Source of the DNA: Styela clava
Taxonomy: Eukaryota
Length of the DNA: 64,000 bases
Direction: 5' to 3'
Assembly: GCF_964204865.1 (NCBI RefSeq)
Contig: NC_135264.1
Coordinates: forward strand, 10,044,001-10,108,000
Position numbers and translations under genes: made by a program. Below are positions 24,482-37,653 of the stretch, piece after piece. Numbering within the stretch: position 1 is the first letter of the stretch; every line of letters begins with the position of its first letter. The notes beneath the pieces were generated by a model. The model was not told the DNA's origin. It made no database searches and worked only from the letters and a program-made list of their open reading frames with translations.

Positions 24482-27400
24482 ATCTTCGTGAAACATGAAA
24501 CCCTTAAACCACCAGTTCGCCTGAATTAGGGCTTTGTGTATCCCTTGAAACGTTTTGTGAACACACAAACAGGTCTTATATATATGTGCAGTTGAAATCA
24601 AAGTTGCAAAATTACTCGCAAGAATAGTGGAATTACATATGGGACATCAAACAAAAAAGACATTTAGTTCTCGCTTTGTAAACAAAAATGCAATTGATTT
24701 TCTGTAGTAACTTAAAAAAAAAAATTTTGAAAACGATATTTCTATCACTGAAAACATTGTAGCCGCTATCATTAGACGAATCACTCTACACCTCGCTATA
24801 GATTGAAGAAACGCAGATTCTCATATCTTAAATTTCATCGCCACCTAATTTGTTTATAGACTTTTAAACAGACCTTCTTACAAAACGAGACCAATATCTT
24901 TTAAGTTTAAATAATATTTTTCATCATGTTTACGGGTTATTTTAGTATTTCATCATTCGTTAGCTTAACATATGAACCCTGTGTTAGATTTTGCGCGTTC
25001 TGATGGATGACGGTTTCCTATGGGTTCCAATAGTCGAAATCGTTTACCGGAGCAAGATGCAGACCTTTTTGACACAAGTATTTAGAGTCGAACTAAATTA
25101 GATTAACGTAATATTCTATGTCCTTGTTAGTGCCAAATGAGTCTGTAAAGATTACAAACATATGACGTAATATGTCTTTCAAACATTATAAAATCTGGTA
25201 ACGATGGTGGTGAATTATTTTCAATTTGGGTCATGATTGAATCAGGCTTCTTTGAAACGTATTATTTGAACTTTGACCTCCGGTTTTATCGAAGTCAGGT
25301 CGCAATGGTTCATCATCATGCCCACGCTTGATCTGATATATAAGTAAATTGGATAAAAATATATATACATTTCGAATATGATGAGGTATTATACGATGAT
25401 AATATTCTTGGTGGGAATCAAACGTTTCCCACAGTGATAGCAGATTAGTGCTGACTAAAATTCTTTGATTTGTATTAAACCGATCTGACTCCGTTGAGAA
25501 GGTTCATAGTTAGGTGACTTATCGATTAAATAAATCGTGTGATTATAAACTTCAAATGAAACGTGCAACGATCCCATAGGTTATAATTACTAGCGAGGTT
25601 TAGTGACATCTCACCAAACAAACAACATTACAGTTTGTCAGACAGATAGATCACATCTCGGTGAAGGTTTTCTGCTATAAAGTATACCTAGAGATATGTA
25701 AATTAACAAATTATTCCCGCCCAAATCGTACAGAATGTAATAGTGATTTCCAAATGGTGAATGACCAGGACGAATAAACTTGAATAAATTTGACGTATTC
25801 CTTACATTATTTCGATAATGCAATTGAAAACATGTATTGGAAGGTTGTTGTTAACAGGGCTTGTTTGAAACTTCCTTGAAAAATCCTATATATCAGTTTT
25901 GGTTATATATCGACGCGCCTGAATGTTTTCTAATTGGAAGTTCAAACAAAAAAAAAATACTCATATATCCAACTAGTTAAAATCCTATACAAATGTTAGT
26001 TTTTGTACCATAAATTACGAACATAATATATATCCTCGGAATTTCCCCAAAGCAGTAAGAACGTGCTTTTACCCTTTAATACAAGAATCTGATATGAACT
26101 TGGCATGCAAACTTACTCAGCTTAAATCTAATCGAAAAACTTCCATTACACGCAATCGAATTTCCAGTGAAGTCAAACGATGCGATATCCAAGCTTCGGA
26201 TTTAATTTCTGGTTTCGCCAATTTGATTCCGTGGGAAAGCGATGTAGAAAACCGCGTTATTTCGAGGGCCAACTGACAGCGAGGTAATAAAGGATGAAAT
26301 AATTTTATATTCCTATTGAAGTAGGTTCAAAATTGATTTTGAAATAGCTTAATTACGAGTAAACGCGGTGAGCTAGATAGGACAATTTGGCGTGTTGATT
26401 TAGCTAAAAGAAAAACACTAAAATTTTATATGCTCAAGTGTACTTATACACGGATAGTGAGTAATCGCGCATGAAGTTATACCGCATCGACCGATTAGTT
26501 ATGGTCAATATGAATTTCATTTTTAATTCTAGTCGTCTTCTAAAATTTGAAATAGCGCATAAAACAACTTAGCTCTCAAGCTTCAAAAAGTTTTGTCTAA
26601 TGGATTTTCTTCGACAGCTTTTGTCTGAACTAAAAAATACAGTGGTTAGAATGTTGATAAAGCGTAATTTGATTTCCCCCAGGACGAACTTAATTTGATT
26701 GCGTTACTAAAAGCTGGTAATGTCGATTTGTTAGCTACTTTGTTCACTGTGTTTTAGCAAAAGGAAAGTTCTCTGGGGAATAGGCATGGGAGGTATTAGA
26801 TTTTGTACAGGCTTCGAGAGGAGTTCAGTAAAACTTGCCTATGTAACGTTCTATACCGAAAAATGGATATATATAGGTAGTTTTCATGCGGTACGTGGCT
26901 GATGATATATATATATATAAAATAGCGATGTTACGTCGAATTAATTTGGGTATTAATATCCCGGGACAGAAAAAAAATTCATCGTATGCGTCAGTAGTGT
27001 GTGACGCCACGTGATAGTGCTCTTTGAACGCAGAGAACAGTTTTTTGTTTGTTCGATGAAATTCTCCCTCTTCATGACGCCGATGTTCTTGTACGTGGTC
27101 TGAGCAGGCGTTACTGTGCGAACCCACGTTCACGTGAAGATTTTCAAAAGCTATTAGCCATGCGTAATTTAAACACTCAACAAGCATGGCCTTAGAAGTA
27201 GTAATACCTGGCCGATGTTTGGATAAATTAAGCATAATATTGTTGTTTTCTCTGGCCTATGGTTGGTTAAGTTCACAATGTAATAGTGTTTGAATTTATT
27301 GGAATGCATTGTTTACCCACCGGGCGAGGCTTAACTGTTTAAGCTGAAAGATCTCACATTGTGTCGATTGTTAAATCGTTGTCATTCGTGCAAGAATTTT

Positions 27401-30400
27401 CCTTAGAATTGAAATATTTGGTTGGTTTTGCTCTTGGGGCATCTTGCCGCAGATGTAAGGTGAATTTGCCATTTTTGTATTGTTGTTATGCCAAAGGGAT
27501 TCATCATACTGTAAAAAATATTTCCCGGAAAAGTTATGACTGGTTGTCATATTAATTAATCATAAATATTACAAGTTACTTAATAATATATACAGAGTTA
27601 TTTTTTGTCTGGTGATATTTTGGTAACTTTCGGAAAAGATCTGCCTTAGCAAATTTTTCACTTTGTGAGCGCAACAGGCGATAAATTACACCAAAATCAC
27701 TCCTAACATCAGAAAGGAAATCTCTATCGGAAATTGCGTTTTTAGCTATTTTAAAATATTTTTATCGCCGATCGACGGGAAATAGGGCATATTGTACATC
27801 CTGTTCGTCAGCGAAAATTATAAATCTTATTACATCACATCAATAAATACATTATTTGACAACAAGTGAAATAGAAAAGTTCGAAAGAATTCGTTCACCG
27901 AAGTTTCATATATACTTGGTAAAACAGGATCTAGTCTCAAATGCTCAATGGAGGGTTGATTTGAGTAATCAGGCGTGACGAATGACAAAATTACTTTAAA
28001 ATATTGAATAATGAAATTACAATTTCACACTAGATCAGCGTTGATTGTGGTTAGATTGAAAACAAATTAGGTTCATGATCACACATGGACAATTTTGAAA
28101 CTATGATAATGTTAACACTCAACGTTAAAATTATATCAAAGTCGAATTTTGATGATTCAAGGCGACCCACTGGGAGTAGAATTATTGTTGATCTGCGATC
28201 AATGATAGAGCGTGTACCATTGAAGAATGTGACTCGACAGCGCACTACATCAATGAACCATACCTGACTCGGTATAGTAAATTTGATTTGGTCATACGTA
28301 TTTTTTCTGTATTTGTTTCGGTACAGACGATTTGGCGTCTCTAAGGAGATGCCGAATATCATTTTCAATTATACTATTGATTTTAAATAGAGTAGGTTGA
28401 TGGTGGTTTGTTGCATTTTATGCGTGTGTTTATTTCTAATCATATATAAACATAGCATTAAAATGGTGGCGGACTGTTCACCGCCGAAGCCATCCCGGTG
28501 ATGTCGTTCATGTGTTAAATTTACACGCTGAACATATTCTGTTTATTTTGTTGTTATTACTATTAGATACTAGTTTCCCATAGGAGTTGTTTAGACCTTG
28601 TTACCAAATGCTCCTTTTCGGCAAATTGTCCAATTGTTGTTACATCGAATAAACTAGCAATTTAGCTGGATTTTTGTTAAATATCAAGTCGGTTTGTAGC
28701 TATACAGATGACACTACAGATGGGTGATGGTTCTTTTCGCATGTGAAATATGCTGTTAAACCACCAATTTTGTAGTTTAGATTAGGCGATGACAAGTCGA
28801 ACCAGATCAACAGTTTAACAATTCATCAACGGTGTTCTCTCAGATCAATATTACCGTGTAAAATTAGTACACCGTGTGCTAGAATACAAATGCTTGGTGA
28901 GTAGAGTACCAGATGTGGTGACATCGCTAGGGATTAGATTGTCAGCTTATAAAAAGAAATATATTATATATGCAGATGCCGTGATTTTCCGATTTTGATT
29001 ATTATTGTAGAGGTACTTCCGCGTTCCATATGTGCAAATATTCCTGAGAATTCCTTTTCATTTTCATGGATTCTAGAGACCGAGGTTGAAGCAGCAATAC
29101 AGACTACAGTACGTAGCCCAGTTGGTGTCGTATTTTACTTTATATTCCAACGTTTACTTTTAGGTTGTAATTTAAAAACATAATTAGGCTATAAAACTTC
29201 AAAAATGATATAACAAATTAGTTATACCGAGCATAAAAATCGAATTGGATAAACATTACTGATCTTACTAAAACGCAATTAACATTCCAATCCATTTAGA
29301 GACGTCAGTTCTTATCTGCACCGTCCAGGAGATCGCGTGTTTACTCAGTTCGTCATCGCATGTTTGATGACCATTGTTGAGGCTCTTCTATCAGTGTTCT
29401 AAAGTTCAAAACACGCCCATTTGATCAGCATAGGTATAATAAATAAGCAAATGGAACAATACAGTGTATTTTTGAAACTATGCCAGAGATGTACTTGTAG
29501 TATGTGAGTGATAGCCTGCTCCTGTTATGGAAACACATTGCCGTATTTACTGAATGCAGTACAGTTTCAAATCTGTACCAACTTCGGCAATCTTCTGTAT
29601 GGAATACGTAAATAGCGTAGCTATAGGCCATGCTTAAGTTTAGTCGTAACGAACAATCAATTTGTAACTGATGCTTGGCAGCGTTTAAATTCTTGTATAA
29701 GTGTTCCTGGAACGTTAAGAAGTTCGTAATTGGAAAATAATCCCGCCCTGGGCAATTTGGCTGTGAACCATTGCGCATTGTCGGGTTGCGCATGCTGGTC
29801 AATTTTTTAAGAGCAATAAATTTTAATAAAACTGTCAACTGCACACGATCTCTGATTGAGTTCTTCAAATTCGGTAGCAAATAGCAACTAGGAGTTTACT
29901 TAATTTCATTAACAAAATTATAGATCAATAATGTAAACAATAATAACAAACCTCTGATCAAGTTGTAAAGTAAGCAAAGCATTTCTCAGAGTCGACCGCA
30001 TAAAATTATTCCAGTATTCGCTGACGCCTTCGTGCTAAATAGGCCTGCTATTTGTTTATCAGCACTTGCTTACTGTGCATTTTACACCGTAATGTGCTTA
30101 TCACGAGGAATTACATCTGGAAATGTTATCATTCATAATTTGACAGGTTAATACGAGTTCGTTAGTGAAATTCGCGCTTGCGCTTTCATTTTTAATCTTA
30201 ATCCTCTGTTTATACATATTTAGAGCATTGCGCAAAATAGTAGCAACTCTTTCAAAATTACATTTTAGGATTAAAAACAACCATAAAACACTACGGGGAA
30301 GTTTATGGTTGACGAGTCTACGTAACGTTATGGATGGTAGCTCGGACGAACCTTTTCTCTTTACTTTGAACATTCGAGACATATTTCGTGTTTTCCCTCT

Positions 30401-30874
30401 ATCGTAGCTCAGTTTGTTCTTATCCTCGCGAGGTTGGGTCTCCTTTGTTTTGTCGCATTTCGTGTCAGAGTCAGGGTAGGGTAAGGGAATTTGTGACATT
30501 TTTGAATATGATTGTATGAATATTATTGAATTCATTCTATTTAAATTATCATTTTATAAATTCCGGATATCAGAGGCCAGATTGAGTGTATTTTTTTGTA
30601 TTGATTATCAGATATAGATTACAAATGGTCAAAATATGAAATTTCAGTTTCTAAATTTTTCTTAAAATCAGGAATTCGAAATATCTAATTTAGTCCAATT
30701 AATTATGAGTCTAGCAATATTTGAATATATTCGAGTATTTGCAGTGGTTCAGGTTTTCATAATACTGTAATAATGCTGTTATTGCAATTTTCTCTGTTTT
30801 TTCAGAATATCATGCTTATTTACAGTTTTTAATGTTGTAAGTTGTTTATTGTTGTGTCACTGTAATTCGTTGAC

Positions 30875-33800
30875 ATGATGAGCACTGTGCCATCAACTCC
30901 AGCATCTTATGGAGGTACAACCCCACTGCGAATATTAAACAAAGGACCTGAATACTTTCGGAACTCTAAACGTTCTGGTAAGTTACTTGGTGTAGATCAG
31001 TGCTTGAATAATTGAATTAAAGTGCCGTATTCCTTGACAGATTTTCTCAACCATATACCAAATGAGGAAGTCATGAAATTTTTTGATTATTTAGTGCCTT
31101 TCTGTAGTTCTGTAGCTTATGATGATTGTATACCGTACCTAAATAAAATTAGTATTACCATTTTTTTCAATATTGAGAATTGGTGAGGTGTCACTGGTCA
31201 TTCAGCATATTTTTATTTCTGATAAGCTAAAATAGCAATGTACGGTATTTCATGAAATTCCTCTAAAAAGATGAGAGCATAACTCATAACTTTCCTACCA
31301 TGATAACTATTTATTAAAGTATAATTTATGAAAAGAGTTTTAACAAAGGATTTATTATATTCAAAACTCAAAATAATAAAGTGGCAAAGTAGTAAGTTTT
31401 GACTTGCGAGCAATCTATGAATCAATCCTTTATATACTCTTACTTGCATGCTACTTTTGAAGTCAGTTTTGAAATTGTGTATCATCGGATGATAACAGCT
31501 TGTTAATTTTCCGATAATGATTTCCTCTATTAGCTTATCATGTTCATTATAGGTATTAATAATTTCCCTGATGTTAAAAAATTTTCATTTTATTTATCAT
31601 AGGAAATGAAAACAGAAGAAAAACTGCAACGGAGAGATTAGAGGCAGATAAATTCAAGTATGTGAAAAGTGAGGAAGTTCGACAGCGTCGTTTCACTTTG
31701 GAATTGAGGACCAGCTCACCTCCAAATAATGACAGTACTGGAACTCAGTCAATGGGTACGGCTTCTACTGGCTCGCCTATCAATATGGAAGAGGATGATG
31801 AAGTTTTAACTGGTAATGATGTTACTGGGGACTTCACTACTGAAGGCATTATGAAAGCTATGGCAAACTTCACCAAATATAACGAAGTAAAGCCACAGAA
31901 TGCTACACCTGTGACATCCAGAAGAAGACAGAATCGTCTCTCCACCGAAGATGCAACTGTTTTGAAACCTGCGACAAAATTAAATAATACAGATGCTGAA
32001 GTACTACATAGTATGACGGCTACACGGAGATTACAAAGGATGAAAAATAAGGCAATACGAAATAGTGAAATCGAGAAAAATAACAGAAATTTAAATGATA
32101 ATGTTACGCCTCCGAGTCCGCTTCTCACTCGACTTCGTGAAAAGCTACATAGCTCGAATAGCCAGTCAAGTAATGGATCAACTGGTAATGCCTTTACGCC
32201 TTCACCTACCATTGCATCCACCGCAGACGAGGGATCAAAAACACAACCCATTATCATGAAATCACCTGAATCTGAAAGCAAAAGTTTCATTCCAAAGAAT
32301 TCCCAACAAACCAAAAGTGTCTTTGCGAGTAATGCACTTAATACTTATATAAGCAAAGCAAAAGAGGGGATTAAAAATGTTCTGAACACCGAACAACGCA
32401 ATGAACGACAACCGAGATCAGCGAATAGCTCAAATGGTCGTAGGTATCGGTCTGCAAGTGCTGGGCCGAATGTTAACAAAACAACCCAATATAATCCTAG
32501 GCTTACAAGCAGTGCAGAGATGGGTCACAATTTGTTATCCGTTACCAAAAGTGAAGCAAGTAATGCCACAAATCCTCTATTGAGTCCGAGGTCGCAACTT
32601 AAACATGTGAGACAAAATTTAAAGAAAGTCAATATTGGGTCCGAGCGTATTCACACTCGAAGGCATACAAACTCGGAGACGAGCGTACCTGCTGAATATA
32701 AGTCTGGACTCAAAAAAGTCAGTGGTACGACTTTCACTGTAAATCCTGCTTTGCAGAAAAAGTCTCAAAACTTCCAAAATGATGCGTCTAATACTGCGGA
32801 AAATGCCATGGATACAAAAGACACTCGTGTTGAAGCAAAACCACCTATGCTGCCTCGTTCGAAGAAAGAAAAAGAGAATATTCGACGAACCGCAAGTTCT
32901 GATTCTCAACCTCATTCTATTGAAAGTTTAAAAAAGAGAACTAGCTCTGTTTCCAGTAAAGAGGGAACTGAAACTGAGGGTGGGTTACTGGTATTAATAA
33001 GATTGTATTCGCTTTAGGTGGAGTGTATTTGTATCATGCATGCCTATTGTTCAGACCATTTTACCCAACCCAGGTTTTTGAAATTAATTGGGGAAAGCAA
33101 ACTCAAGAGATATAGGTAAGTATTCAATTCAGTAAATCCTCTATACGTTTCGTTTCTTCTTATATCAAATATTTGGTTCACAGTGATAATTTTGTAGTAT
33201 TACATTACAGACTTATTCTTTTATATTTTTATAAATTATTTTGGTTATTGAGGGAAAATTAATTACGGTGCGTATGTTTTGATTAGAGCAAGTTTATGCA
33301 AACTCACCCCAAAGTAAAGGAACTCATCTTAGAGGAACGCACTCTAGTACAATGGCTAAAAACTTGTTTAGAAATTGGGAAAAAGATCTTAGACTTAAAT
33401 ATTTACCCATTTATTTCAGAATCTGGATCAAATCTCAACAAAAATGAACCCAAACGCTCGAATTGCAACCGAGTCAAAAGGCGATCTTGGGATATATTAC
33501 ATGCATCTGATAATACGCAATATACCAAAACATCTGGTGAAGAGAACACACCCCCACCATCAATAGAAATGGATACCAATGCATCTCATTCTCACTCAAG
33601 ACAAAGACGACCTCGCAGTTATACTTCAGATCAAAGAAAGAGCAATTTATCATCAAGAATGTCTCTGCCTGAAGGTAAATGCAAACTGTGGCAATACTTA
33701 TGCTATTTATTTCATTAGTAAATCACTACTACAGTCTTTATTAAATGCAGTTTGCCTTCATTAGTCACAAATTTTGTCTCTGAATAAATTTTACAAATGT

Positions 33801-36800
33801 GGATGTTTAATATCCCTATGATAGATATCCTTGTTCAAATGTCATCATTTTTCATCTCTTTGTGATTAATTTTCCAATTTTTCATTTTCTAGATTCAATG
33901 CAACCTTTCAAGGATGCCAATTCACAATTGTTCCAAAAAACTGGATCTAGAAAGAGCGTAGCAGAAGCTATCGAAGAAATCATAAACCCTGTTTTAGAAA
34001 ACACCAAAAATAATGACATAAAAAGAAATTCTGCTGGATCACCGGACATTGCGAGCATGGATGGAAATACATTAGTTGAAAATCGAGAAAGTTTTTTCGG
34101 AAATTTAAGCACAGCGACAAATTATGGTAACGGTAGTAACGCTGGCACCAAAAATTCATCCGTGGCAGATAATATTAATTTTGTGCTCGGAGGTGCCATA
34201 GAGGGAAGTTTGGGTAGTGGTAACTCAGACAACTCAGATAAGAGACAAGATAGGTCAAAAACCTCCTCAAACTCAAGGTCTAAAAAAGAGGAGTTTTCTG
34301 CCTCTTATAGTAATAAACCAAAATCAGTGACGCAAAAATCGAGAGAAAAGGAATCATCTTCAATGGAATTGCTTGACTCATCTGGTCATTATACAAAATC
34401 TTCAACAAAAACGCCGTCATATTTTGATGGACCAAATAACACGACACATTTACGCCATGTCCCCATGCGGCAACATTCCGCCCCAATTGGGTTTGCAAAC
34501 CCCCAAGATCACCCAGTCGCACCAACAACAAAATCTGACGATGGTAATCTCTCGAATTCTCCAATGTTGGCGCCAAAGTCTAGAAGAGAAGTTGTTCCCG
34601 ATTACAGAAAACAACATCATCCTAAAAATGATGACACGATGAAATCCCACAATACTTCAAGTTCTTCTGGAAATGCTAATAAACCTTTTACAGGTATGTA
34701 TGATTTTAGTGAGTTGCGGAACTTGGTCTCTACCTTCGCAAATATTTGACCTAAACATTGACATGTAATGCTCAAATGAAATATTTGACTTATAAGTTGG
34801 AGCGTTATTTTGTGATATCAAATTTAGTGTCACAATATTCCGCTTCGTTTGCTCAAAATTTCTTGTTTTTATTTTCAGCTTTAACTGCAAATGATTTGAA
34901 GCCTCGTTCCAACAAAAACAATTCAACAATTGTTCCACAATCCACTCCTATAAAGCCCACATTTGCATTCCCTGGGCAACCTTTATCACAGACAAGACAC
35001 AATCCAAAAAGGCCTACTACAACACCGATATCTCCTACACTGTCACCGAACAAGCAAGCGGCTAGAATGACCCCACCGCAAACACCCACTAGGTCGTGCT
35101 CGTCCACTCCGTACTCGTCACTAAAGCGAACTCCAACATCATCGAGAAGTTCGTCTTTAAAAAGGAATAGACACAGGTTGGTCATTGCTTACTGTTGAGA
35201 AATTGTTTGAAAAATTTACATTTTTATCTGCAGATGACAAGTTCCAAATTTGCTGATTGAAATTTATTAAAATGTTTTAAAACCACATCTTGACTTTTTT
35301 CAATAAAAATGAATTTTAAATTCATTTTGACATTACTCTGCTTTTGGTAAACCTGGTTTCATAATAATAAATAATAACCATTTCGCCATAGTTTTTATAA
35401 ACAACATGCCAGCACAAAGTGAAAATATTTTCAGCATATATTTTGTACACACTTTGAGAAAAGGTTTCGCTTTTGCCGTTCAATTGTAGTGGCAACAGCA
35501 TCATTTGATACCAATACATCAGACCTATGCGAACCGAAAACAATAATAAATCTTAATTTACGTCAAAAGGAGTTCAAATGTTATCTACGATTGAGCGCTG
35601 TAAGACTGAGATAAATCCTATATATTCCTTATTTGCGTCGATATTATATTATGCTTGTTCAAGGATGGGCAAAGACTAATTCAGCCAAATTTGTGTGGCC
35701 GTATGTATATTAAATTCATACTTGCTAGGGACATTTTCTCTATATTGCACAATTGATTTGAAATACACCTGTCTTGTATACGTTCATACATTTTCATAAT
35801 CCGTTTCACAAAAGCTTGGGATTATATTTCAGCTTTCATTTGATACCTTTTTTGATATATTATTTCAATAGCTCTATGCTATTATTGTTATGGTTTTTAT
35901 TGCGTATTGTACTTTAAAACTTATACACTCCCAGACGTAGATGACTAGACACGGCTCCTGTTGTATTTACTCCGTTGCCTATAGAGCCCACTTGCTATCT
36001 ATGATACTTGGTATGCCAATGTCAACAAGTTATCGATACACACAATGTATCATTTATATACTCGGAATGGAGCGTGACACTATGTTGTTTTTACTGGGAA
36101 ACCATTGCTTCTGTTGGAACTTTATGTATTGATTATTAATAGAAATTTATTGAATTTGTCTATTTTTTGCCAGTGTGGGTGTTTTTGGTAAATAAGCAAA
36201 AATGTTGTTTTTGGATTTGGGTGAGGTAGCTAAAATATTTTGGCAGCTGTTAGTATACACATTGGTATTAGTTTATTCTTGGAACTGGGACAAGGGTTTA
36301 AATTTTCCATAACTTAGTAAAAAAAAATCGTCATCAAATTTAAATTGTCAATAAATTTTCTCATTTATTTACTCTGTGACTCTTGATGTGAACATGTGAC
36401 GCATCTTGAAATGAAGTTTTCCTACTTGACCTTTTCGTAATCATTCAGCTTTAAATGGATTTTGAAAAAATCTTTTATGGAAGAAATAAACTTTCAATTT
36501 AAGAAAAAAGTAGGAATTGAAAAATAAAATTACTTGAAACGTTTCAAATTCAAATGTGCCCGGATGCAATGGTTTGTTGCTTTGGATATGCAATGTTGTG
36601 TTGTTTGATCCAACCTAGTGGGACTACCGGTAATTATCATCAGCAATATTAATAATGCAATGCATTCAATTTCATGCTATTTTGGCCTTCAATATTCAAT
36701 TTTACCCATATTGATGTTTATTTTATTCAGATCAAAGTCAGATGTCCTTTCTCATCAACATGAACTCGATAGGTTCTTTTCAACAATGGGAATGGAAGAA

Positions 36801-37653
36801 TATATGAATTTGGCACATCATTCTTCTATGAATGACACTTTGTATTCAAATCATTTGAGCAGCGAGTCTGATTTTTCGTTTGCAGGTTTGTGCAATTAGA
36901 ATTTTAATGTTTTATTTTCTAAATTTTTTGCACATCTCGAGAAAAGTTTTGGCTGAACAGTAATATATATATATATATAATGATTGTAAGATAGATGCCA
37001 TTTCAATAGGTTGTTATTGTTACCATTGGTACTTTGCTATAAAATTCACCGTCTTTTGTGAACTAATTACAAGTAAAATTTTGCATGTTGATAAATGAAG
37101 TTCATTTAGGTTAACAGACCTAAATCACTCAAAGCTCCTCAAACCCACTAAGGTCTGAGTGTTTTTATCTCTTTTTCTTCTAGGAGCATCTGCTTATGTT
37201 AGGGATAGTCCCGATGAAGCCATGGATGTTGACCCTGTAACAACTGCATTAATACGCGGCCCTCAATCTGTCAGTATCATTGAGAAAAACGCTCGAGTTA
37301 TGAGATGGTTGATGACTTGTCAAAAGAACAGAAAATCAAGTACCACAACAAAACTCTCTCGTGAAAACCTCTCACAATCACCGCCAGTTTCTCCCTCGAC
37401 TCGAGAACCAATAAAACCCTCTCATAAATTATTATCGACATACCCGCCCACATCTGCCCCAATTTCCAATGGGTACCACTCTGGGTCACACCAAGCCCCT
37501 CTTTTGAGACCAAGCTCTCAACCTAATACGAGTTCATACCCTTCTTCACCCCCTCCGATACCCCCAAGAACATATCAGCGACAACATGCAGTATACCAAC
37601 CACCACATAACGATGCAATTCTTGTCGGAGCACCTAAGGAGTCGAATGTTTGA
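30875..37653 (+). CDS. FAM110: FAM110-family protein, 7 coding exons, ~1152 aa
   Basis: Exons 30875-30977, 31603-32979, 33420-33674, 33893-34693, 34879-35176, 36731-36885, 37184-37653 (GT-AG, in phase, 3459 nt). N-terminal PLRILNKGPEYFR...TERLEADKFKYVKS; C-terminal RSKSD...ELDRFF and VSIIEKNARVMRWL match recalled FAM110 motifs. Confidence 0.88.

Noticed and set aside
31745-35185. Long minus-strand ORFs (e.g. 31745-32314, 34853-35185)
   Set aside because: Antisense shadows of the FAM110 exons.
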